Shown here piece by piece: positions 19,194 through 26,251 of a DNA stretch of 32,000 nucleotides. The stretch is from Thermococcus kodakarensis KOD1. GTDB taxonomy: Archaea; Methanobacteriota_B; Thermococci; Thermococcales; Thermococcaceae. Made by a program: the position numbers and the translations under genes. Position 1 is the first letter of the stretch, and the number at the start of each line of letters is the position of its first letter. A model generated the notes under the pieces. That model had not been told where the DNA came from and did no database searches. It saw only the letters and a program-made list of their open reading frames with translations. The stretch covers positions 480,001 to 512,000 of the forward strand of contig NC_006624.1 of NCBI RefSeq assembly GCF_000009965.1. Direction: 5' to 3'.

Positions 19194-19210
19194 CTTCCTT
19201 CCCTTCTTTT
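19164..19210. repeat. Second copy of the 47-nt CGP-CTERM tail/3'-flank block (identical to 11822-11868)
   Basis: Hand alignment shows 47/47 identity, with the hairpin at 19171-19188 followed by a T-rich tract. Confidence 0.8.
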
Positions 19211-19261
19211 ATTCCCGCCTACCGTAACTTTTATAAGAGCACCCCTCAAGTTCTCTCCAGA

Positions 19262-19338
<77 letters not shown>

Positions 19339-19552
19339 TTCTCCAGATAATAGCTTCCATGCGCGTCACCTTCTCTAAATGTTCCCGCAAAAGCTTGTTA
19401 ACGAGGGCCGACAGGCTATAACCGGCTTCTCTGAGACCGCCGACCACTTCTTCATCAAGGTACAAATGAACACGCGTCTTTCGCCTTCTTTCGGGCCGTT
19501 CTCGTTTGTGAGAGCCGCTATTTTTGTGGGCCATATTGGGCTTTTGTCCCAC
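19339..19552 (-). pseudogene. Probable N-terminal fragment of a split SSV-type integrase, int(N), with an RHH-like N-terminus
   Basis: The frame starting at GTG 19552 or ATG 19534 (MAHKNSGSHKRERPERRRKTRVHLYLDEEVVGGLREAGYSLSALVNKLLREHLEKVTR...) has no stop before the tRNA. It continues through the tRNA's complementary strand (WRMAGPAGFEPATSGLEG...). This is expected when attP lies inside the integrase gene. Confidence 0.45.
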
Positions 19553-19602
19553 TCTTTATCACCGAGGTCATATAGAGTATTATGATATATATGCATAGGG
19601 CA

Positions 19603-19956
19603 TCACCAGAGCTCTGCAACTTTGCCTATCTCAAACTTCCACATCTTTGCAAGATTCTCCATCCTCTCGGAGAAGCGGTCGGAGAGCTTATACACTCCAG
19701 CGTCCTCTCTGACCATACCGAGGGCCAGGAGCTTTTTCATAACCCTAAAGTATAGGACCTTGTCAGCACCGTCCACGCCGAGGGCTTCTTGGTATTCATC
19801 CTTGAACAGGCCACCGTTCTGCTTGAGGTAATCAACAACTTTCCTGGCTATTTCCAGAGTCTTGCCATCAAAGAGGAGTTCAAGAACACTGTTCGGCGGC
19901 TGGTACACGGGAACTCGGATCGAAACATAGTCAGGGAACTTCCGCCTGCGCGGCAT
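19603..19956 (-). CDS. Hypothetical protein, possible winged-helix (117 aa)
   Basis: GGGGTGGT RBS before ATG 19956. A central segment (ARKVVDYLKQNGGLFKDEYQEALGVDGADKVLYFRVMKKLLALGMVREDAGVYKLS) looks like a wHTH. Confidence 0.55.
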   Translation of the reverse strand: MPRRRKFPDYVSIRVPVYQPPNSVLELLFDGKTLEIARKVVDYLKQNGGLFKDEYQEALGVDGADKVLYFRVMKKLLALGMVREDAGVYKLSDRFSERMENLAKMWKFEIGKVAELW

Positions 19957-20134
19957 TATACCACCCCTATTATTTCGTTTACAACATTCATATTTTTCAC
20001 CGTCCAGGACGCTTCGGAAGTTGGGAGGAATAGGTACAGGGCTTGTATATTATCCTTGGTTTTCTGGCGAATAAGGTTGGTTGTACGGGAAAGGTCCTTG
20101 GAAAAGAATGATACTATACGGGAAGTGTTAGTAT

Positions 20135-20362
20135 TCAGCATGGCTTGGACACCACCCCTATAACTTTAGGACCGCTGAATGGTTCAATATTCACCTCATC
20201 CACCATGACCTCATCGAAGCATTGTTCGAAGTATTCTAATGCCAACCTTTCTGCACCTTTGTAATCCCAAGCAATTACAAGAACCTCCCAAACAGCTTCT
20301 TCCGCAAACGGGTCCAAATCTCTTGTCCAGACAGTTGCCTTGTATAACTTCAATTCACTCAT
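20135..20362 (-). CDS. Hypothetical small protein (75 aa)
   Basis: A GGAGGTGA RBS lies 7 nt before ATG 20362 (MSELKLYKATVW...). The track's longer version starts at 20383. Confidence 0.5.
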   Translation of the reverse strand: MSELKLYKATVWTRDLDPFAEEAVWEVLVIAWDYKGAERLALEYFEQCFDEVMVDEVNIEPFSGPKVIGVVSKPC

Positions 20363-20369
20363 CGCCCCG

Positions 20370-20948
20370 TCACCTCCCTCCAACCGCGTAGGCTGGCACC
20401 TGAGCCGGCTTCGACAAGTTCACACCGAGCAGGAGGCCGAGGTCATCCGCAAACTCCCCAAAGTCCCTGCTGACGACCACATCATCGAGGCTGATGACGG
20501 CGTAGTAATCTCTTGCCGAGCCACCGCGCCTGTACTCAAAAGAGGGCTCCACATTGGCGACATTGAACATCACGAACCGCTCCTGGCCCACTTGAATGAA
20601 GTAATAGAGCGGGAGAGTGAGGACTTCTGAAAGCGCCCTGAGCCTCTGAAACTGCCACCCATTCACGAGAAGCTCCCTCTTTGCCCATGAATCCTTAGCC
20701 ACGCGCCAACTAATGAACTTGAGTTCAAAAGCCGCTAAAGGAACCTCAGAATGCTTTCTGAACACAAGGGCATCGAGGTCATAGAGCGAGAACTGACCAG
20801 GAAGGGCCTCTTCTATCAGAGTGCTGAACAAGTACTTGTTCTCTGCACTCCTGATTTCTCTTTGCATATAATCGAAAAAGGGCCTGTACACGTGGCGGCC
20901 GTACCTGGCCGCCTGGCGGATCATTTCCGCTCTTGCCGCGACCATCAC
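20370..20948 (-). CDS. Hypothetical protein with PD-(D/E)xK-like motif (192 aa)
   Basis: 4-nt ATGA overlap with the upstream gene. The motif YDLDALVF-x10-AAFELKF has the D...E-x-K spacing typical of restriction-endonuclease-fold nucleases. This is a motif-level call only. Confidence 0.5.
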   Translation of the reverse strand: MMVAARAEMIRQAARYGRHVYRPFFDYMQREIRSAENKYLFSTLIEEALPGQFSLYDLDALVFRKHSEVPLAAFELKFISWRVAKDSWAKRELLVNGWQFQRLRALSEVLTLPLYYFIQVGQERFVMFNVANVEPSFEYRRGGSARDYYAVISLDDVVVSRDFGEFADDLGLLLGVNLSKPAQVPAYAVGGR

Positions 20949-21259
20949 GCCCTCACCCCGACGAACTGCTCCAGCGTCGCCTGGCCCTCGTGCGGCCTGA
21001 CGCGACGGAGCTCCTCGCGAAGATCCTCAACTTTCTGGAGAACCTCAAGCCTGTTCAGGCGCTTTGGAAAGAGTATTGGAACCCCCTCGCGCTTGGCCTC
21101 GCGCTCCGAGAAGACATGTATCTCAACATCCTCGGAGCGGAGCCGGCCCTCGTGGAGCATCAGAGCGGCCTGAGCTATCGCAACCTCCCAAGCCGCGAGC
21201 ACGTGAGGGGCTTCAGTGACGAACTGCTCGCCGTCGATGATGATGAGGTACTCGGTCAT
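20945..21259 (-). CDS. Hypothetical protein (104 aa)
   Basis: Translationally coupled, with 4-nt overlaps at both ends. No motif recognised. Confidence 0.55.
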   Translation of the reverse strand: MTEYLIIIDGEQFVTEAPHVLAAWEVAIAQAALMLHEGRLRSEDVEIHVFSEREAKREGVPILFPKRLNRLEVLQKVEDLREELRRVRPHEGQATLEQFVGVRA

Positions 21260-21480
21260 AGCCGTCCCTCCTGCACTTTCTTCTGAATGAAGCTGTCCTG
21301 ATACGCGTAGGCGTACATCTTCGTGTTGATCTTGCCCGCCTGAATGTTGAAGTCAGTCCAGGCCTCTGCGATGAGACTCCTTGCAACATAGCCGTCCCTG
21401 CTCATCTCGAACAGGTCAATGACATCATTCAGCATGCCTCTCAGTCTGAGAAGCTCAGTGTAAAGCTCCTCTTCGTTCAT
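21256..21480 (-). CDS. Hypothetical small protein (74 aa)
   Basis: ATG 21480 overlaps the upstream stop (ATGA). The track's version starts at GTG 21486. Confidence 0.5.
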   Translation of the reverse strand: MNEEELYTELLRLRGMLNDVIDLFEMSRDGYVARSLIAEAWTDFNIQAGKINTKMYAYAYQDSFIQKKVQEGRL

Positions 21481-21668
21481 CCCCACACCCCCCGGAGCGT
21501 GAAGCAGTACTCGTCCTTCACAACCGCGCCCTTGCGCCCGAGCTCGTCGAGCGCGCTGGCAACCTCTTTCGCGGGAAGGCCAGTCCTCCTGACCAGTTCG
21601 CTGAACGTGGCAGGGCCATCCTCGAGGGCCCTCTGGATTAGAAAGGCTGACGGGATGCGCGCGATCAT
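21477..21668 (-). CDS. Small winged-helix DNA-binding protein (63 aa)
   Basis: The pattern FSELVRRTGLPAKEVASALDELGRKGAVVKDE is HTH plus wing. Its ATG overlaps the PCNA stop codon (ATGA). Confidence 0.6.
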   Translation of the reverse strand: MIARIPSAFLIQRALEDGPATFSELVRRTGLPAKEVASALDELGRKGAVVKDEYCFTLRGVWG

Positions 21669-22426
21669 GAGCGACCCTCCTCGACTCTTGGTGCGATCAG
21701 GAAGCTGACCTCACCGGCATCCCGAACCATGTACTTCAGAAGCAGTGGTATGTCAAAGCCAAACCGAATGATGACTTCATCAGCATCAGCGAGACTCCTT
21801 AGGATGTCCTCGAGATATGCAACCCCGTACGCACTCTTCGCCTTTGTCATCTTGTGCTCCAAGTCAAGGAGACCTGGATCCTCCATAGTGAGAACGGTTC
21901 TAACCTCGGAGTCGTTGCCCTCCGCCTTGAAAGTCAATTTCTCAGGGGTAGCCATGAAGTAGATTGAGTCGGAGACAAGCTTTGCGGCCTTAACGGCTCT
22001 TTTCAGAGCTCCAGCGAGCACGACGGCCTTGACAGTCCATGGCAGGCTCGGAATTTCAATCTCAGGAGTATTGGCGTCTATTAGAGGGAGCTTGAACCAC
22101 GTGTTCTCATCACCGAGCAAGCCGACCTCGAGGAAATTCTCTCCACCCTTGCGGAGAACAAGCGTATCCCTGCTCCTTGCAAGCTTAAGAACCTTCAGGA
22201 AACGCTTTAGATCAAAGGCTATCGCTTCCTCACTCTCGACGGAGTACTTGGAGAAGAGCATTTCTGGAAGGTTGAGGTCAACGAGGACGACCCTGCTCGG
22301 GTCTATAGCACGCATCTGAATTCCTTCCATGTTAACCTGGAATACTGCCTCATCGAAGAACTTCTCAAGCGTGGCTATCAGGCTCTCAAACTCTCTAGCC
22401 GAATCAAACACAATCTCAAAAGTCAT
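21665..22426 (-). CDS. pcn: DNA polymerase sliding clamp (PCNA), element-encoded paralog
   Basis: 253 aa from ATG 22426: MTFEIVFDSAREFESLIATLEKFFDEAVFQVNMEGIQMRAIDPSRVVLVDLNLPEMLFSKY... ending in FLIAPRVEE. This is the characteristic archaeal PCNA N-terminus, two-domain length and C-terminal LAPR-type tail. The track ORF starts 15 codons upstream at a GTG. Confidence 0.88.
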   Translation of the reverse strand: MTFEIVFDSAREFESLIATLEKFFDEAVFQVNMEGIQMRAIDPSRVVLVDLNLPEMLFSKYSVESEEAIAFDLKRFLKVLKLARSRDTLVLRKGGENFLEVGLLGDENTWFKLPLIDANTPEIEIPSLPWTVKAVVLAGALKRAVKAAKLVSDSIYFMATPEKLTFKAEGNDSEVRTVLTMEDPGLLDLEHKMTKAKSAYGVAYLEDILRSLADADEVIIRFGFDIPLLLKYMVRDAGEVSFLIAPRVEEGRS

Positions 22427-22557
22427 GCCATCACCTCCTCGGAAGAAGATGAAGAGGAGGGCTCGTCGCACTCATTTAGATACTCTTTCGTGTCGTCGGC
22501 GAAGACGTCAATGTCATCGTAGTCTATCTTCACGAAAACAAACGAATACTCTCTCAT
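22423..22557 (-). CDS. Small acidic/Ser-rich ORF (44 aa), below the track threshold
   Basis: MREYSFVFVKIDYDDIDVFADDTKEYLNECDEPSSSSSSEEVMA. Its ATG overlaps the upstream stop and its TGA overlaps the PCNA ATG, so it fits the coupled chain exactly. Confidence 0.4.
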   Translation of the reverse strand: MREYSFVFVKIDYDDIDVFADDTKEYLNECDEPSSSSSSEEVMA

Positions 22558-22799
22558 GCCCTCACCTCCCTGCGCTCGATCTTCTTCAGCAGGTCTTCAA
22601 GCGCGTCCGCGTACCCCGTCCAGTAGGCCGCGTTCTCGCGCTCTCCCCTCGCAGAGAGGGAGAACGCCGTCTCCCTGGCGATGCTGGCCTCGCGCTCGAC
22701 GTACTCCAGCAGGGTCGGCACTTCCTCGACCTGCTCCAGCACCGCGTCCAGCTTGCGCTTCTCCAAAGCGACCCAAGACCAGATGGCGGACTCACTCAT
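22554..22799 (-). CDS. Hypothetical helical protein (81 aa)
   Basis: 8-nt overlap with the upstream gene. The antisense (+) ORFs here give Arg/Pro/Ser-rich nonsense, which supports the minus frame. Confidence 0.55.
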   Translation of the reverse strand: MSESAIWSWVALEKRKLDAVLEQVEEVPTLLEYVEREASIARETAFSLSARGERENAAYWTGYADALEDLLKKIERREVRA

Positions 22800-23037
22800 T
22801 CTCTATCACCTCCACGCCGTCGATGTCAAAAACCACTCCATAGTCCACGACCTCCCTTGCGAGCAACTCCCCCTTGAGCATCTCAATGGCCTCATCAGGG
22901 TCGTTATTGAGGAGCTCCTGGAACTCCTCGACGTCAATTCCCGGGGCTACACTCGAAAGGGCTTCAAGAGGCACGGCGGCCTCAATCTCCAGTCGAATAT
23001 TCACCCACTTGCCCATTCCTCCTCCCTCCTTAGCCAT
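22792..23037 (-). CDS. Hypothetical acidic protein (81 aa; alternative start 23016)
   Basis: ORF within the coupled chain. An AGGAGGGAGGAGGA stretch precedes the internal ATG at 23016, so the true start is uncertain. Confidence 0.5.
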   Translation of the reverse strand: MAKEGGGMGKWVNIRLEIEAAVPLEALSSVAPGIDVEEFQELLNNDPDEAIEMLKGELLAREVVDYGVVFDIDGVEVIENE

Positions 23038-23246
23038 ACGCGGAACAGCTTGTAGCTCGACTCGACCGAGCGAACAACGAAACCATCACTTTGCAGGGCT
23101 TCAACCGCCTTGAGGAAGCCCTGAAAATCCTCCCACGAGGCTGGCGTCGTGAGGCTCAGCACTACGGCACCAGGAACCTCCGAGGGCTTGGTGATGCTCG
23201 TCTTCGGGCCGAAGTCAGGAGAGTTCTCCTGGAAAGGCTCAGACAT
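23001..23246 (-). CDS. Hypothetical protein (81 aa from the internal ATG)
   Basis: The track ORF 23001-23339 overlaps the upstream gene by 100 nt. Starting at ATG 23246 (MSEPFQENSP...) leaves only an 8-nt overlap. Confidence 0.5.
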   Translation of the reverse strand: MSEPFQENSPDFGPKTSITKPSEVPGAVVLSLTTPASWEDFQGFLKAVEALQSDGFVVRSVESSYKLFRVWLRREEEWASG

Positions 23247-23484
23247 TGGAAGCCACCCCCATAGGGCTAAATCTGAAAACAAGCGCGTCACGGTTCCGGT
23301 GGAAGTAAATACGCTCCAACTGGAACCCCTCCGCACCAAACACGGTCTCCAGATACACTAGCTCGCTGGCCTTGACCCCGCCATAGACTACCACTTCCAC
23401 GCCGTTGCTGGCCGGCACTACATCAGCCCGGTTCGGAAAGGCCTTCACAACCTCCTCCCGGGCATACTCAAGCCCCGACATCAT
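23239..23484 (-). CDS. Small conserved element protein (81 aa), paralog of 27342-27572
   Basis: 4-nt overlap with the Rep stop codon. By hand alignment its C-terminal 46 residues share about 17 identities with the 76-aa ORF at 27342-27572 (GxExxxxGG...E...E...G..L(E/D)RIY(F/Y)HR..D.L..RF). Confidence 0.65.
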   Translation of the reverse strand: MMSGLEYAREEVVKAFPNRADVVPASNGVEVVVYGGVKASELVYLETVFGAEGFQLERIYFHRNRDALVFRFSPMGVASNV

Positions 23485-25568
23485 ACACGACCACCTCCCG
23501 TGACGACATACGTGTCAACAATCTCAAACCCAAGCTCCCTCGCTCGGGCCTTGTTCAGAGAATAGCGCCCATCCTTCGGGAGAATCACCAACTCCCGCTC
23601 AAGCTCAGTGATAACCTCTCTGAGCTCCTCCTCCTGGACATTGAGGATCTTCAGAAGTTCGTCAAACGTGAAGCTGTTCACTGCAAGGACATCCACAACC
23701 CGCTCAGCGAGCTTGAGGTCAGCCTCAATCTTTGACTCCGAGACCCCGAGGAGATCAAAGAACTTATCGAGGGTTGTAACGGCAACCCTAGGCCTTGCTG
23801 AACCAAGTCTCCGTTGTACAGGGTAATCCCAATTAAGAAGATCGCAAAGAGTCTTGAAATTATAAACATCTAGTCTGGTGTCCGCCCTGATGGCTTCAAG
23901 TAGAGACTTCTTGATTATGACTTCATTACCTCTCACGACAAAGTATGGACTAAGCTCATGCTCCAGCACATAGAAGACTCTGTCTTTTGGAGTTGTGGAA
24001 CTGTCCGCGTAGCGGGAATAACGGAAATAAGTCTCATCAAAGTGCCTCCTAAGCCATGTGACAACCTTTTCCCTCTTCTCATCATCAAGCTCCTCGCGGT
24101 AGTTATCCACCAGCTCGGCATTCTTTAGCCACTCAGGGATGTCAAGCCCGGCATACTCGTAAAGCCTCTTCACAAGTTTCTCGGCAAGATCTTCCCACGG
24201 TAAGGCAAGGAGTTCAGGCTCCTCTTTAATCACGTTGAAAACAAAGCGTCCAATATCAGCGAGGTAATCTAAGTACGGGACAATCGAAGTCTCAAAGTAG
24301 TGAGCGATCTCTGGAGGTATCTTATCCACCTTCGAGAACTCAACGGTGAAAAAGCGCCTCCTAATGGCCTCATCCTTAATCCCTGGCATATTAGCGTTGA
24401 AAGCAAGAGTTGCAAGGGCAGGATACGGCCTCCTGATGTTCTTCCCAACACTCTTGGTTCTGAAAAGGTATTGCTCGGGAGCGTTTTTAATGAGGTTGAA
24501 GAAATTGTCCCCCTCATCTCCAAAGTTCAGGGACTTGAATAGGGGCGCCGCCTCATTGATGACAATAACAGAAGCTACTGAAGAGATTGTTTCGCCAAAG
24601 TTGTAAACGCTCCAAGAAGAACCAATAGAGGTCACCTTACCAAGCGGCTTCCAAAGGTATGAAATTACCTTGGAGATGACCTGAGTCTTTCCTGTCAGAG
24701 ATTCGCCTATGAACAAGAGATAAGGGATCCAGCGGCGCTTCTCGTTGTAAACTTTATATGCATAACCGAGGCCCGCAACTAAGGCCCACTTGAATATCTT
24801 TCCAAACTTGACCGACCAAGACTCATACCATCTCTTATCAGGATTGGCTTTAACGATCTTATCTAAAAGCTTCAACGCGTCATAAATCCTGACGCGAGAA
24901 GGCATTTGTGTATCAAAGCCGTACGCCTCAAGTTGCCTAGTCTTGGGGTTCCAGTAAATTCCGGGGGCCAGAGGTTCATGCACATGCTCAACAGCCTCAA
25001 GGAGGCGAGCAAGGGCAAGAATAGTATCTATCGCTTCCTTTGCGAGAGCCTCACTCAGAAAGAGACCTCCAACCTCATTCAACTTGTCGAGAAGCTCAAC
25101 CTTTAAGGCAGGTCCAAGCTCTCGTATGTAAATCCCTGAGAGAGCTCTCTCGGCGATGACCCACCGATACAGGGTTGGAGCATCCATGTTGGCCTCCTCA
25201 GCGGCCAGCTCGATGGTGAAGTCGTGGACTTCTCTTATTGCAACAGGTACAAAGTTAAAGACAGTCCTGTCGTGAACAGCAAACTCTTCTTCAACTTCCT
25301 CGCCAGTATCTTCATCTTTATATTTCCTCTTCCGGATCCTGTAAAGCGCAACGCGGGGGTTCTTGTAGTCGAGGACCCAAAACTCCCTCCCCTTACGCTT
25401 GAAGAAGATTGTATACGGGTCGGGATCGTGAGGCCAGCCCCTGAACTCTGCAGGGAGAAACTCCATGTCGAGTTCTCCTGAGTCCTTGCTCGCTTTTGTA
25501 AGGAGGTCTCCGAATTTTATGACGATCGGTGAAAACTGAATGTTGTCACTGTTCCACTCTTCGTCCAT
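23481..25568 (-). CDS. Replication protein with SF3-type helicase P-loop domain and C-terminal winged helix (695 aa)
   Basis: Walker A LLFIGESLTGKTQV, Walker B-like SVIVINEA and motif C-like LAFNAN follow SF3 order and spacing. The C-terminus (FTFDELLKILNVQEEELREVITELERELVILPKDGRYSLN) is wHTH-like. I did not recognise the N-terminal 280 aa (no clear primase motifs). Confidence 0.72.
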   Translation of the reverse strand: MDEEWNSDNIQFSPIVIKFGDLLTKASKDSGELDMEFLPAEFRGWPHDPDPYTIFFKRKGREFWVLDYKNPRVALYRIRKRKYKDEDTGEEVEEEFAVHDRTVFNFVPVAIREVHDFTIELAAEEANMDAPTLYRWVIAERALSGIYIRELGPALKVELLDKLNEVGGLFLSEALAKEAIDTILALARLLEAVEHVHEPLAPGIYWNPKTRQLEAYGFDTQMPSRVRIYDALKLLDKIVKANPDKRWYESWSVKFGKIFKWALVAGLGYAYKVYNEKRRWIPYLLFIGESLTGKTQVISKVISYLWKPLGKVTSIGSSWSVYNFGETISSVASVIVINEAAPLFKSLNFGDEGDNFFNLIKNAPEQYLFRTKSVGKNIRRPYPALATLAFNANMPGIKDEAIRRRFFTVEFSKVDKIPPEIAHYFETSIVPYLDYLADIGRFVFNVIKEEPELLALPWEDLAEKLVKRLYEYAGLDIPEWLKNAELVDNYREELDDEKREKVVTWLRRHFDETYFRYSRYADSSTTPKDRVFYVLEHELSPYFVVRGNEVIIKKSLLEAIRADTRLDVYNFKTLCDLLNWDYPVQRRLGSARPRVAVTTLDKFFDLLGVSESKIEADLKLAERVVDVLAVNSFTFDELLKILNVQEEELREVITELERELVILPKDGRYSLNKARARELGFEIVDTYVVTGGGRV

Positions 25569-25579
25569 TGAAACTCACC

Positions 25580-25747
25580 TCAGGTTTGCTCTACAAGCTC
25601 AGGCATCACATAGGCGAGAAGCGCGCGGAGGGTTTCATCCTCCGTCACTTTCTTTCCCCGTTCCATGAACAATTTGCCTCTGAACTTCTGAAACAGTTGA
25701 TAGGTAGACTCCCGAACATACACAGCACGCCACCCTTCAGACGGCAT
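25580..25747 (-). CDS. Small RHH-like protein (55 aa), below the track threshold
   Basis: MPSEGWRAVYVRESTYQLFQKFRGKLFMERGKKVTEDETLRALLAYVMPELVEQT has a strand-helix-helix pattern. It ends 12 nt upstream of the Rep ATG and is the first gene after the promoter and iteron region. Confidence 0.5.
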   Translation of the reverse strand: MPSEGWRAVYVRESTYQLFQKFRGKLFMERGKKVTEDETLRALLAYVMPELVEQT

Positions 25748-25761
25748 CGTCACCACCATGT

Positions 25762-25802
25762 ATACTGTTTATCAGTATTATACTGATTTTCAGGATATAT
25801 AA
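25762..25802 (-). promoter_or_regulatory. Putative promoter and operator of the RHH-Rep operon
   Basis: On the minus strand, AAAGC-TTATATAT (plus-strand 25795-25802) looks like BRE plus TATA, about 50 nt upstream of ATG 25747. Between the TATA box and the start lies the palindrome ATACTG-TTTAT-CAGTAT (25762-25778), with a third ATACTG at 25780-25785. Confidence 0.4.
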
Positions 25803-25860
25803 GCTTTGTGTGGACCCTTTAAGACAGTATTGCTCAAAGGTGAGAATTTACAAATTCAAA

Positions 25861-26251
25861 TAGTAAGGGTGTCACAGTCTGGCCAGGTGTGACGCAAGTG
25901 TGACGGATGTGACGGGGGTCTAAGGGCTTTAAATCCTGAAAAAAGGAATCTGCGGGGAGTTTAGTGTCACACATGTCACACCCCATAAAAATGTGCCTAT
26001 ATTATTTCACATAGCAACTCTTCAATATTCGTTATTATGACAATATACTATGGTTTAAATTATAGAATATTTGTCATTATGACAAAATACCGCGCAATCT
26101 GAAATTAATACCTTTATATATTTTTATAGAGTGTGACACTGTGACATTAAAGAAGACAGGAGAATGGCTTATTTCAAAAATAAAGCGAAAAAACCCTGCG
26201 TCACACCCGTCACACCCCGTCACAGTTGGTGGAACTGTGACACCCTTACTA
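25861..26251. promoter_or_regulatory. Dyad-symmetric iteron field; putative replication origin or control region of the element
   Basis: An 18-bp perfect inverted repeat, TAGTAAGGGTGTCACAGT, forms the two ends (25861-25878 and 26234-26251). Twelve TGTGAC/GTCACA cores are present. TGTGACG x3 lies at 25888, 25899 and 25908, mirrored by CGTCACA x3 at 26199, 26208 and 26218. A TGTCACA pair at 25965 and 25974 is mirrored by a TGTGACA pair at 26132 and 26140. The central AT-rich region of about 145 bp contains the palindrome TTGTCAT-T-ATGACAA (26071-26085) and a direct repeat ATTATGACAA (26034 and 26076). Confidence 0.6.

Noticed and set aside
18959-19261. The track ORF 18959-19552 continues for about 100 codons past the tRNA into the antisense of the phosphoesterase gene.
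   Set aside because: The extension is just the absence of a stop codon in the antisense of a GC-rich gene and of the tRNA. Only the element-side part (19339-19552) is plausibly coding, as a split integrase fragment.
19375-19596. Alternative minus-frame ORF (73 aa) and plus ORF 19379-19585, both overlapping the putative int(N) fragment.
   Set aside because: Both overlap the frame that gives a well-formed RHH-like sequence and reads into the tRNA. Their translations are compositionally implausible. I cannot fully exclude them without homology searches.
19957-20165. Direct repeat ACCACCCCTAT(T/A)A at about 19960 and about 20150, which might be att-like or regulatory.
   Set aside because: The first copy is the complement of the GGGGTGGT RBS of the 117-aa gene. 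The second is ordinary coding sequence (…VIGVVSKPC*) of the 75-aa gene. The match is short and explained by these functions.
22554-23484. Four consecutive minus-strand ORFs can each be drawn as exactly 246 nt (81 codons), suggesting a tandem paralog array.
   Set aside because: The equal lengths depend on my choice of start codons; 23246 and 23037 are uncertain and 23016 is an alternative. The four sequences show no convincing mutual similarity, and one is all-helical and clearly different. I treat this as coincidence.
25861-26251. Could the clustered repeats be a small CRISPR array?
   Set aside because: The repeat units are only 7-9 nt, occur in both orientations with mirror symmetry and have no uniform spacers. 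No cas genes or leader are present. No CRISPR array is visible anywhere in the window.
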